The translations under genes were made by a program, and so were the position numbers. This document shows, one piece after another, positions 26,501 to 37,727 of a DNA stretch of 64,000 bases (its first letter is position 1; each line of letters starts with the position of its first letter). The notes below the pieces were generated by a model. It made no database searches. It saw only the letters and a list, made by a program, of their open reading frames with translations, and had not been told where the DNA came from. The DNA lies in assembly GCA_951804945.1 (NCBI GenBank), contig OX638154.1, positions 45,818,001 to 45,882,000 of the forward strand, written 5' to 3'. Origin of the DNA: Podarcis cretensis (taxonomy: Eukaryota).

Positions 26501-29271
26501 ACAATATCTGGCATCAGTACACATTTTATTTTTATAAGGTAGTTTGCCAATTGAATGTTTCTGTCCAGGGATCTGCACTAATCCAGCTGGATCCAATTTC
26601 CTCCTTTCCCCCCAATAAATTGCATATTTTTGTTACAACACTTGATCCAACCAACAGAACACCCTTTTCACATTATACGTTGCATTTATATAGCACGTAT
26701 CAAGCATTCAAAGCCTTTCATGTGCATCAGCTCAGGAGTCCTTAAAACTTCCCAGTATAGTAGGCTAGCACTATTCTCTCTTTATTGCAGAAGGAGAGAC
26801 AAAGAGAAAACAGAGGGTTCCCCTATTGCTCAGGTGAGAATTCAAACTGGAGACTTACTGCATTAGAATAGCCTTCTTAAGACATTCTACTTGTGTGCAG
26901 ATAACAACATGCAAGTGGGGATGAGAATGCTAAGTTTTGATTGCCCTGTCCATATTTCCCTCTACAAGGGTAATATTCTTAAAAAGCTGTGGGGTGGGGT
27001 TTTTTTTAATGCTGAAAAAATTGGAGTGCTAAATCATGTAGGAAGCTTCCATGAGTACAGGAGGCTTTCTGCTTCAGGTAGCAGCTCATGGAGGCAAGAA
27101 GGATGGCAATGGCAGGAGCTTAACACATTTGTCACTCCCTTGTTGCTTTTACAGCAAGAGTAGAACACCTGGAGGGGGATAGTAGCATGAGGCATTACTC
27201 CTCAAACTAAATGGAGTACTACTTCCACTATGTCATTCTTACAACAACGCCTTACATCTCTTTGTCTCACTTATGCATTTTACACGATTTCCCTTTTAAC
27301 CTATAAAGGGAATGTCTTTAAAAGCATCCCTTCATAAGGTATTTCTTATGACCAGCACCCACGGCAGATTGCGAGGTTAACAGTGGAGTCCTTGGAAACT
27401 CAGAAGAAGCAGCCCAAAGAGGAAGCCATAAAGGAAGGTGAATTAATGGAGAAGAGACACAATACAGTTAGGAAGGCCTGGTGAGCAGAACCTCGGTGCC
27501 CCAAAAGTTTGGGAATCGAATTTAGATTTTCAAAGACTACAGAGGAGCAAGCACCATTCTAGCAGGACATCATCTATTTCAGTTTGTACTCACTGCCATT
27601 AAAGTAAGGCCACATGTTAACAGTCCACTACCTGCTTTGTGTACACAAACATATGAGGCAGCAGCCAATTCCCAGAACTGAATTTACGAGGAAGGGTCAA
27701 CAGCTAATGAGTTTATACATTGGTTTATGCCTAGGATTTATTTTTATTTTTTTCGGAAAAATAGTAATTCCCATTTTTGTTTTTCCAAGTATATTATTTT
27801 CAGGTTTGTGTATGAGAGCAGCTGCCACTGTGCTCTTTTGGTACTGTCCCAGACCTTCTCAGGTGGCAAAGCATATCTCTTTGGCAGACAACCAATCATA
27901 CTGGCTGTAAAACAGGAGGCGCTGCTAAGTGCATGCTACTGCTAGAGATAGCCAGATTGTCTGGAACGTTTCCCAAGGACATTAGACCATGGAACAACAT
28001 CCCAAGGAATAGGCAAGTTATGGACAGGAGAAATAAATGAAGCCTACAGTGCTTGTATTATGGAATCTCATCTTAAGCTCCATGAATAAAGCTTCTCTGT
28101 ACTGTACTGTACTGCAACTGGTAGAAGAAAAAATTAATAAAGCTCTATGCTCATTTCATTTCAGAGTACAAAGCCCCTAGAGAAATAAAAACAAATGATC
28201 CTGGTTATTTCCCAGGTAAAGTACTACTGCTGGGTGTGTGGGATTGTGTGCACACGCAAGATAAATAGATTGCAATCGGATGCAGAGGATTTTATTTATT
28301 TAAAAATATTTCTAGACTACTTTCTATTTAAAAATACTGAAGTGGTTTACAATATTAAAACATTAAAAAAAAAAACATTTTTATATGCACACATATTAAA
28401 AATTCCAGGCTGTATGATCCAGTGTTAATGATCAGGAAATGCAGAACCAATAGGTGTGTTTTCAATAAATGCCAGCAGCATGGATGGCTCCCATTCAACA
28501 GTCTGAATCCAAGGATTCTGTAGTGCAGGGTGGTTAGGGTTAGGCTCTGCCCTTTTCCCCAGCTCTGTGCTTGTGTTATTCATGTATAGGTCATAGCTGT
28601 GTAGAGCAAGTGCCCCGATAAAGCATAGCCAGTGTTCGAAACTTCCATTGTTCTAGGCGCCTTTTGCAACAGGGAATTTCTTTAGCTCGAGCAGCTTCTG
28701 AGCTCTGGGTACAGTACTGAGCCTAAGATTTCAGATTAAAACTGCAGGAGGACCTTTTTCTGCCTCCCCACTTCCAGCTACTGTCTGAAGACTAGAGAAG
28801 AGACCCTCTTAAGGATATTAGGTGGGTGGGCAGGGGAAGGACTAGACTACATGAAAAATGAACATACAATTTTAGCTGCAGTTCATTCATTTTCAGCTTT
28901 GTATTCTTCTTATAAAAAAGCAGGCCTAGACATTCTGTTGTTGCGCCCATAACCTAGGATTAAGGTGCCATTTAGCTCATAGCTTTCATATCTCAGTTTC
29001 TAAAACTGAGCATAGCCCTTTCATTTATACAGGATCTCATGCACTGGGCTTTCCTTACTGACAACCACACACAACATACAGATGTGTTCCTGTCTTTTCA
29101 CAGCCATTCAACAGAATGTGACCGTTCTGGAGGTCAAGCATCCTGTCCTTAGCTGCTAGTCCATGTCAGCTTAGCAACTATAAACAGACAAGATGGAAGC
29201 TTAAAATCACAATTGTAGTATCTGGCAACGTCCTTCCATTAAAGGAGTGTTTGCTCTGGCAAGTATTCCCA

Positions 29272-31632
29272 TCACAACCTTCCTCTGGCAGCTTGTATCT
29301 GGTTCTCTAAATCATAAAGTCTTTGTGTTTGCCGCCTCATCCAGCCGACCAGCAGCAACAAACTGATCACTAGCGCCACTTGAAATAATAAAATCACCAC
29401 AATAGGGTGGAGAGCAATATTTAGTACTCCATTTGAACTTGGAGACCATCCAAGAAGCACCTCCCACCAAGCGTGGTCTCCAGCAGATTTAACTGTGGCT
29501 ACAATCTGGGCAATCTCCCTATTGCTATGCAGAATCTCAAGTGCAGCATTTTCACCCATGTCTTTGATTTTCAACAATTCCTGCTTCAGGGAGGGGTGAG
29601 AAAGCAGGTTTTTCAGAGTAGAAAGGCCAAGGCCTAGAGAAATAGGTGAGATTTCTCGATACAAAGAGGGGTAAGCCTTCATGTGCTGCACAGTCCAAAC
29701 AGGTACCCGAAATTGGAAATCACAGCCTACAAGCACACTAATATTGCAAAAACAACGGTTAATATAAGGCAGCATAGGCTGGATAACCAGACCATTAATG
29801 ATTACAAACTCACATGGCGTTCTTACACAAATACAGCCCTTCCCAGTATACACAACAGTAGAACTTTCTTCTTGGATTACATCAAAAGAGCAGCGGGAAC
29901 TATTTACAAGCTGAGGAGAGAAGCATTCGTGGTGTTCTTCTAAACTGCTGTCATCACATACAAAGCCCAAGTTTTCCTTTTTCGCACAACCTTGCACATT
30001 AACTGTTTGCCAGTCACCATTCCTCATCCGTGCCCACCTATTGGAGTCCCTGGAATACATGACCAAATCCTTGTCAATCTGGAATCCCAAGGGGACCACT
30101 GGATAGATTGGGATGATCTGGGTGGCTTCTACGGTTATTAAAAATAACCGCAGCATATTCTGGGCAGAATCATAAGATGCATTTAGCAACCTCCACCAAG
30201 CCTCCAAGGCTATTTCTCCTGAAGTGAGCTCTGGCCGAATTAAATTGCTCACCTCCATGGGAATGTTTCCCGCCTTGGCCTCTCGAATCATTCCCATGAC
30301 TACATTCTGTGTGATTGCTTGTGCCTGTTCACATGCTAAAGCCAATGAAACATTGCTTTGGAGGGACTGGATTCCAGACACAATCAACAGGCTGTCCTCT
30401 TCTAATATTGCTTCCCAGACTGGAAGCACTTTACTGATAGCTTGTGGTTGTTCTGTGAGCTGCAAGAGAGATTTGGTTAATGGGGCAGTCAGTTTCCCTA
30501 TTTGTTTTGTGGAATATGAAAGTTTATTAGCCAAGACTTCTATGTTGGCTGCATCTATGAAAGAAAGACCTGCTCCTAGGGGCCCAAGCCAATCCATCAG
30601 TTCTCTTTTAACCCTTTCCCCATGATGTACTCCATCCCACATTTTAACCCACTCCATCCAACCTCTGTGGCTGACTCCGAGAAAGGGAGCACATTGAGGT
30701 GCTCTCTGTGACACATTCAAACCCTCAAAATGAATCTGCACCTCCTTTAGTGAGGTCTGGGGGTGCATGACAATTTGTTCAGGCTGATCTAATTTCAACA
30801 CATGAGACCCAATGATGGGGTTGGTCAAATGGCGAAGTGGGAGGATGTCTGTGATCAGGGGATTAAATGTAAAAATTGTTTTGTTTTGAGAGCCAAATTC
30901 TACCCGGTATGAACCTTGCTCACTTATTTCCTCTGTGATGGCAACAAAACCATAGACTTTAAACCTAATAGAGGACATTTGTTGGTCACAGTGTGTCCCC
31001 CTGATCGGCACCACCCAGTCTGGTGGCCCCTGTTTAATTAAGTCCATTCCATTTAATTCCCACTCCTGAGATTCCCAATTAACGATCAGGCGGGTGATGT
31101 TCTTTCCGGAGGGCGAAATCAAGGACAGTTGGAACTGATCTCCAGGAAACCTAGTGTTCTGGGTTCCAACAACAGTTCGCAGATGCAGCGGTGCACCAGG
31201 TTTCCATAAAGCAGCAGAAACGAGGGCAACATCACATGAACCATCCTGGATGCTGCTGCTTCCAGCTGAACGAGAATCCAGGTGTGTAGGCAAAGGTCGG
31301 CAAGAAACAGGAATGCGAACACTTGAACTGGCCGTCTGCATGCTGTAACAAAAATGTCCAACTTCTCCACTGGTCTTGAGGGTGCAATTGGCTATGTCTC
31401 TCCAGTGGCAGCTGACTGAGTCTGAGACGGCATGGAACATGTAGAAGCTCTGGAACACTCCAGGGTTGGATCCATTGGCGTACAATCCATGCATGCGACA
31501 AAGCAACCTTGCTTCAGCTACTCCTCCTTTTGGCAGACAGGCCCACAACTTCACAGGGATGGCAGACACATTCGGGCTGGCAGAAACAACCATCCATCCG
31601 TTCCCCAGGAACAGCAGTAAAGGCAACAACAT
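29272..31632 (-). CDS. Intact endogenous retroviral envelope-like glycoprotein, 786 aa, candidate domesticated env
   Basis: Stop-free ORF (track shows 821 aa; probable start is M36, aggATG, just after a splice acceptor). Signal peptide MLLPLLLFLGNGWMVVSA; 10 N-X-S/T sequons; furin site RVKR (30615-30604, aa 340-343); fusion-peptide-like ELMDWLGPLGAGLSFIDAA; heptad-like helix; 11 Cys in the TM ectodomain; membrane-proximal WWEVLLGWSP; anchor HPIVVILLFQVALVISLLLLVGW; short tail. Confidence 0.9.
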   Translation of the reverse strand: MLLPLLLFLGNGWMVVSASPNVSAIPVKLWACLPKGGVAEARLLCRMHGLYANGSNPGVFQSFYMFHAVSDSVSCHWRDIANCTLKTSGEVGHFCYSMQTASSSVRIPVSCRPLPTHLDSRSAGSSSIQDGSCDVALVSAALWKPGAPLHLRTVVGTQNTRFPGDQFQLSLISPSGKNITRLIVNWESQEWELNGMDLIKQGPPDWVVPIRGTHCDQQMSSIRFKVYGFVAITEEISEQGSYRVEFGSQNKTIFTFNPLITDILPLRHLTNPIIGSHVLKLDQPEQIVMHPQTSLKEVQIHFEGLNVSQRAPQCAPFLGVSHRGWMEWVKMWDGVHHGERVKRELMDWLGPLGAGLSFIDAANIEVLANKLSYSTKQIGKLTAPLTKSLLQLTEQPQAISKVLPVWEAILEEDSLLIVSGIQSLQSNVSLALACEQAQAITQNVVMGMIREAKAGNIPMEVSNLIRPELTSGEIALEAWWRLLNASYDSAQNMLRLFLITVEATQIIPIYPVVPLGFQIDKDLVMYSRDSNRWARMRNGDWQTVNVQGCAKKENLGFVCDDSSLEEHHECFSPQLVNSSRCSFDVIQEESSTVVYTGKGCICVRTPCEFVIINGLVIQPMLPYINRCFCNISVLVGCDFQFRVPVWTVQHMKAYPSLYREISPISLGLGLSTLKNLLSHPSLKQELLKIKDMGENAALEILHSNREIAQIVATVKSAGDHAWWEVLLGWSPSSNGVLNIALHPIVVILLFQVALVISLLLLVGWMRRQTQRLYDLENQIQAARGRL

Positions 31633-31644
31633 CCTGGAAAACAC

Positions 31645-31670
31645 CTGAGAGAAAGAGAACAGAAAAAGGA
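31645..31670 (-). promoter_or_regulatory. Strong 3' splice acceptor feeding the env ORF
   Basis: Minus strand reads tcctttttctgttctctttctctcAG|gtgttttccaggATG, with the ATG 12 nt into the exon. Confidence 0.75.
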
Positions 31671-32324
31671 TCTCCGAAACCCCAGTTGCCTGGGTATGCA
31701 TCACTACTGCAACTCCAGTTCTTTGATGAGGCATCACTGACAGGTGCAGTATCCATGAGAAAGAAAGGACTGCTGGTCCAAGTTAGCAATCAGAATGGCT
31801 ACTAAGTGATGGACTGGATTCAGATTGAGACCAAGAATCCTGGGGGTATATATTTCTGCTCAGAAAACAGGTTATAACAAGGGACTAGTGGCCCACCTGG
31901 AATACATGCCAGTGGCACAAGCCAGCTAGCATATTTTACTTATTTTACTAGCTTTCTTCCAGAATAATCTTTTCCAGATTTAGTATCCAGAAATCAGGGG
32001 ATTTCTAGTGACCCAAGATTAAGAGATGCTTGGCATCCCTGAAAAGAGAAGAGAAAGAAACCTTTTTATTTAGTTGTCTACACACTTGGCATTCAACATG
32101 GAAATTTTTGGCCGTAATGCTCAACAGACAGTCAAAGAATAGCAAATCAATTTCTACTTTAATTATGAAATTTAAAAACTTTCCACTTCTCCCAGCACTG
32201 GAAACTTCCACTCTGCATATTCTAGGGCAGTTCAACAATTATCAGTGTTTAAATGCTTGTTTTTCTTTTCTTTTTTACTGAGATGGCAGGACAATCCAGA
32301 AGGTATTCTGGGCATGGGGATAGA

Positions 32325-35060
32325 GATTTATTCTATTTATTTAACAAAATTTAAATACTGCTTGCCTGTAAGAAAACCTCTAAGTGGTTTAAAGGGATCC
32401 CTGACCGTTAGGTCCAGTCATGGACGACTCTGGGGTTGCGGCGCTCATCTCGCTTTACTGGCCTCTAAGTGGTTAACGTAAGTATAAAATAAAGCATTAA
32501 ACCTCAGTATAAGAACAGTTAAAATGGGTATTTAAAAACATGTAGAAGACTATCATAATCAACACTAGTAAAAAAGAGAGAAGTGCTTATGTAGCTTCTA
32601 CATGTCTGAATAGGACTGCCAAAACAAAAATGTTTTAAGCAGATGGTGAAAATTACAGCGAAGGTACCTGCCTGATGTCAAGCAGGCAGGGAGTTTCAAA
32701 GTATAGGTGCTGCTACACAGGAAGAACAATTTCTTCTAAGTATTGAACAAGTATTATGTGGCACCAGTAACGCTGCCAGTTCTGCAGATCAAAGCAGTTG
32801 AGGGAGCATATATGGAGTAAAGTGATCTTGCAAGTAAAATGGCCCCAAGCTGTTAAGGGCTTTATATCCTAATAGTACGTAATTCCTCGAACTTGGCCTG
32901 GTAGCAAATGGGCAACTGGTGCAGAACTCAGAGCAAGGGTGTTATATGCAGACAGGGTTTCATTCCTGTCAGTAACTGTGCAGTACAGTAACTAATTGCA
33001 GCTTCTGGTTCAAGTGCATGGGAAGCCCCACAAAGACTGCATTGCAGTAATCCCATCTTGAAGTCACCAATGCTTGAACTACTGTGGCCAAGCTATCCTG
33101 GTTCAGGATTGGCTGTTGGTGTCACCCTAGTTGCAAAGTAAAGGGCACTTCTAGCAAATGAGGCTACCTGGACCTCCACTGGCAGAACAGGTTCCAGAAG
33201 CACCCCCAAACTGTGTACCTGCTCCTTCAGAGAGAGCGCATCCAGGGAAAGCAGTTGACAAATTTCTTGGACGAAAGAATCGCTCACCCACAGTATTTCT
33301 GTCATGCCAGGATTCAAGCTTAACATATTTTCCTTCACCCATCCTACCACTGGATCCAGGCACCAGTCCATGGCCCACACCACCTGCCCTGATGCAGGTG
33401 TGATGGAGAAATAGAGTGAAGTGTCATTAGGATCCTGATAACTCATTGCCCACAAACTCCTAATGATCGCTTCAAGCAGGTTCATGTAAATATTAAATAT
33501 CACTGAGGAAAGAATAGTGTCATCCTGCTTCATGTAAGTGCAAAGGGCCACAAAGCACTCTCCCAAAAAGCATTGTCCTGTAAGTAGGACACAAACCATT
33601 GGAATACAGTGCCCTCCAATTAACATTTGACAGTCTTAGTCCAGTAGGATACCATTGTCCATGATACTGAAAGTCGCAAACAGAGCGAAAAGTGAAAGCC
33701 AAGTTGCACTCCCCTTGTCCCGCTCTTCGTAAAGGTTATCCATCAGGGCAACCAAGAGAGACTCAATCCCATGACCAGGCCTGAACCCAGATTGAAACAG
33801 ACCTAAATAATCCATGACATCCAATAATGCTTGCAGCTGCCCTACCAGAATTCTCTTCACTACCTTCCCCAATAAAGGTAGTTGCAACTGGTTGGTATTC
33901 TAGTCCAAGGGGTTCAGGCCTGGCTTCCTCAGGAGAGGTTGCACCACAGCCTCTTTCAAGGGAGTAGACGCCATCCCCTTACGGACTTCAGTGCCAACCA
34001 CACTGGCCCCAAACAGTCAAACCCCCCCTGCTAGCTTTAATAAGCCAGGAGGGACAGGGATCAAGAGGATACATGGTCAGGCATATAGCCAGCACCTTGA
34101 CTACATCAGCAGACTGCATCAGCTGAAACTGATCTCACAACACATCACTGACTATGGCACTGGGTATTTCATCTAGAACTGCAATAACCGCAGAATTAAG
34201 GTCACTCTGAAGTCAAGTGACTTTATCCTCAAAATATATAGCCAGTTGGTCACAGTAGGTCCTCTAATGCTCCAGAGGTCCTTCCCCCTCTGTGGAAGTC
34301 AGTAACCTCCAGAATGTTTGAAATAATTCCACTGGCCAGTGACTAGAGAATGCAATGCAAGCTGTGAATGCGCCTTCTTTGCAACTTGCATGCGCTGCCA
34401 CACGGTTGGCACAGTTACTGCACTAACCAGCGTTCAGTCAGCTTCAGAGTGAGACTTGTGTCACTTGCACTCTAGTCTTCATTCTGCTTGCTTCATAGCC
34501 CGAAGCTCTCTAGAATACCAAGGAGCTGCCCTGGCTCCATAACGCCATAGAGGATGCTCAGGAGCGATCATGTCAACCACTCATTTCATCTTGCTACTCC
34601 ATAGTGAAACCAGGGCATCAACAGGATTGTCCAGACTGTTTAGGAATTCCTCAAGAATTCAGGAACTCCTTAAGTTCCATTAGTCTCTGAGAGTGGGCCA
34701 TCCAAACAGGCCTACTTTACTACTAATTACTACTAATGTTCCAACCATGACAAGGGACTGAATTGCATCCCCCCCCCCCCAAAAAAAAGTTTGACCTCTC
34801 CCTCATATCACTTGGGCTAAAGACAACATCAAAAGTGTGCCCTGCCTGATGTGTTGGACCAACGACCATTTAAAAAAGTCCCAGGGCAGTTGATGGACCA
34901 CCTACCGTACATTCCCAGTTAGCCACTCAACTCCAGCTATACTTTCCCCCACCCATCAACACTGAAACTGGGGGAACATATTCACAACTCCTTCCTACCT
35001 GCCCATCCAGACACATCCTGGCACCATCATCCAATGTCACACTATACAGCTGGGCAATTA
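32325..35060 (-). mobile_element. Decayed L2-clade LINE (APE endonuclease and RT remnants); ends approximate
   Basis: RT fragments LPLLGKVVKR...FQSGFRPGHGIESLLV...IMDNGILLD and SLNPGMTEILWV...VHSLGVLL, endonuclease motif GPTHQAGHTFD near 34860-34830, many stops and frameshifts, A-rich tail near 32325. Confidence 0.85.
32390..32461 (-). mobile_element. 5'-truncated Sauria SINE nested in the L2 3' end
   Basis: Matches the 3' end of the 9740 SINE; perfect 13-bp TSD cctctaagtggtt at 32377-32389 and 32462-32474. Confidence 0.8.
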
Positions 35061-35067
35061 GGGCCAC

Positions 35068-35151
35068 AGATAATAAACAAAGGTGGGCACATCCCACACT
35101 TTCAGATGGAGATAATAAACAAAAGTGGGCACATCCCACACTTTCAGATGG
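35068..35151. repeat. 42-bp tandem duplication
   Basis: agataataaacaaa(g/a)gtgggcacatcccacactttcagatgg x2 with one mismatch. Confidence 0.9.
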
Positions 35152-35276
35152 AAGGTAGTAACTTCATAACAACTCTCCTTATGCTGTCTCTCACTCAGAG
35201 GGAACCCACAAAACCAAGTTTCTCCTCTTCCTGGCTTTCACAGGCCTGCTTTCCACATTCTCATTTTCAGTGTCCT

Positions 35277-35645
35277 AGAATCATAGAATTGTAGAGTTCG
35301 AAGGAACCCTTAGTGTCATCTAGTCCAACCCCTTGCAATGCAGGAATCATAGCTGAGAAACCCTTAACATATCCTTGACAATCCAACCTCTGAGGTAGTC
35401 AATTCCGCTATCGAATAGCTCTTACCACCAGAAAGTTCTTTCTCATGTTTAGACAGAATCTCCCTTCCTGTAATTTGAATCCACTGCTTTGGGTCCTACC
35501 CCCTGAAGCAGCAGAAAACAAGTTTGTTCCATCTTCCATACAACAGCCCTTCAGATATTTGAAGATGGCTATCGTATCACCTCTCAATCTTCACTTTTCC
35601 AGGCTAAACATACCCAACTCCCTCAACCATTCCTCACAAGGCTTT
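35277..35645 (-). mobile_element. CR1 LINE 3' fragment
   Basis: agaatcatagaattgtagagtt...ctagtccaaccc CR1 tail in reverse, followed by RT C-terminal remnant. Shorter tails lie near 48975 and 61455. Confidence 0.75.
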
Positions 35646-37501
35646 GGGGGTACCCTGCCACAGTTGATCCTACTGCACACATCAGATTCTGCACCTACAC
35701 TACAGCTATATCCACTCAACAAGCAGTAAAGCAGAACCACTAACTGCAATCAGCACAAACACTTTCTAACCTGAAGGCAGAGATCTAACAGCACAAAAAC
35801 TGTGTAGACATCCTGTAGATACGATATTATTATGGTATCAACATGATTGTTCCACACTCCTGTCAAAATCTCTTGTGGGGTTTCCAAGCACTTGCTGCTG
35901 CTGAAGGAAGCCACAGAGAAGCCTGCATTTTAAAATGCAGCCAGTGGTCCAGGGCTGCTGCAGCCTGTTCCAACTGTCTCTCTGCAGCTCACTTCCCTTC
36001 ATCATACTATAATTCACAGTGCCACCTATCTATGCCCAATCAAACTTCAGGGTGATGGCATTCTTGCATATTTATGATATGTAAGCTATATTAAATTGTA
36101 TTTATTATTTTCTCAATAAAACTGTTTTTTGAATAAAAACCTGTAAATGGCCCTATAGACAGCAGGAAATTCTGATTTATTTCTGCCTTAAATGCTTGTT
36201 TCCTTACCTTCTTAGTTGCCCTTCTCCAATCTGTTATCCTCCAAAAGCTTCAGACTATAACTTCTTTCATTCTTGACTGTTGGTCATGCTGACGGGGGCT
36301 GATGGGAGTGAATTCAAAACACTGGAGGGCACACCAGGCTGAGGAAAGCTGTTCAATGCCATTAAACCCAGACTTACAGCAGAAATCTAACCATGTCTAC
36401 TCAGAAATAAGTCCAATTGACTTCAATGAAGCTTACACTCAGGTAATTTGGGTTAAGACTGTAGCCTTACTTTCTTTCGCAAGTGGCCAATGCTTTGGAT
36501 TCTGAACAAAAGCCTATGCTGAACTTTCATATAAGTTAATTTTATTTTTCAAGAACTTCCAGCCAGAAGCTAGTGGGTTCCTCTCCCTCTCTGTTTTCCT
36601 AGGCACAGAGAGAAACTGCCACTCACACCAACAATTCAGCTTTGTACTGGTAGCATTGCAGTCTAGGCTGCACTCATCCAAGACAGCTGGAAAAGTGTTT
36701 AGCAACCCTTCTGCCCCCTCTACAGATGCCTCGAGATTGCTGACTGAACAGTGAGAAATCTGGAACTATTAACTTTACAGAGTTGCATTTTCTCACCTCA
36801 TTTGCCAGTCACATCAACACTTTCCTGTCTGGCACCCAAATACATTTTCAGTGTGCAAAACTAAAACACCTGCGGGTGAACAGATGGCCCTGCAACACTA
36901 AGACTATCAGACACTATGCCCATGAGGGAGTAAGAGTCATATCATTGTACACCAACAAACGATGGCACCAAGGCCAACAAGGCAGTGCTAAGTCATAACA
37001 AAATCTACCACACCATCCATTCTGCCAAGGACAAAGTCTCCTGAAGAGATCAGAATCAGAGGCTTCAGAGCAAATTCCAAGGGCATCATGGCAGGTTCCC
37101 TCATCCCTGGAAAAGGTTCCAGTTTAACAACAACATGGGTAAAAAAATAAGATGAAAACACTTATTAAAATTCCTGCCTCTTAAAATCTTAAATCTAACC
37201 ACTGGAAGTCAACCCCCAAAAGGGTGATTTCCCAATGCTTCTCAAAAGTGCTGAAGCTTGATCAATCTCAAAATAACAGAATTTCCAAATTAATGTTGCA
37301 GCCACCAAGCACACCTTGCTTCCAAACAATCAAGAGGGCCTCCTTGGCTGATCTAAGATGTATCTTTATATTTTAAGATTACAGAAAATGTGAGGAGTCG
37401 TATATGTCTACTTATTTCAGAGTGAAGAAAGGAGAGAATCTCAAAAAGGTTAACTTCAGGCAGAGGTGCCTCCAACAATAATTTGTCAGACTTTAAGAAT
37501 A

Positions 37502-37727
37502 CAGTGGTACCTCAGGTTAAGAACTTAATTTGTTCTGGAGGTCTGTTCTTAACCTGAAACTGTTCTTAACCTGAAGCACCACTTTAGCTAATGGGGCCTC
37601 CTACTGCCACTGTGCCGCCAGAGCACGATTTCTGTTCTCATCCTGAAGCAAAGTTCTTAACCCAAGGTACTATTTCTGGGTTAGCGGAGTCTGCAACCTG
37701 AAGCTTATGTAACCTGAGGTATCACTG
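37502..37727. mobile_element. Tc1/mariner-type MITE, family A (reverse orientation to the 55313 copy)
   Basis: TA|CAGTGGTACCTCAGGTTA...TAACCTGAGGTATCACTG|TA. Confidence 0.85.

Noticed and set aside
31633-31737. First 35 codons of the 821-aa ORF as the true N-terminus
   Set aside because: They run through the polypyrimidine tract and acceptor (ILFLFSFSQ). The signal peptide starts at M36, so the extension is probably intronic.
31514-31789. 91-aa ORF overlapping the env start as an integrase C-terminus
   Set aside because: No recognisable integrase motif; it matters only as the uORF read-through frame.
33093-33887. RT-like ORFs as the pol gene of the env provirus
   Set aside because: The motifs (QSGFRPGH, APE-type PTHxxGHT) are non-LTR L2-clade rather than retroviral, and the frames are broken.
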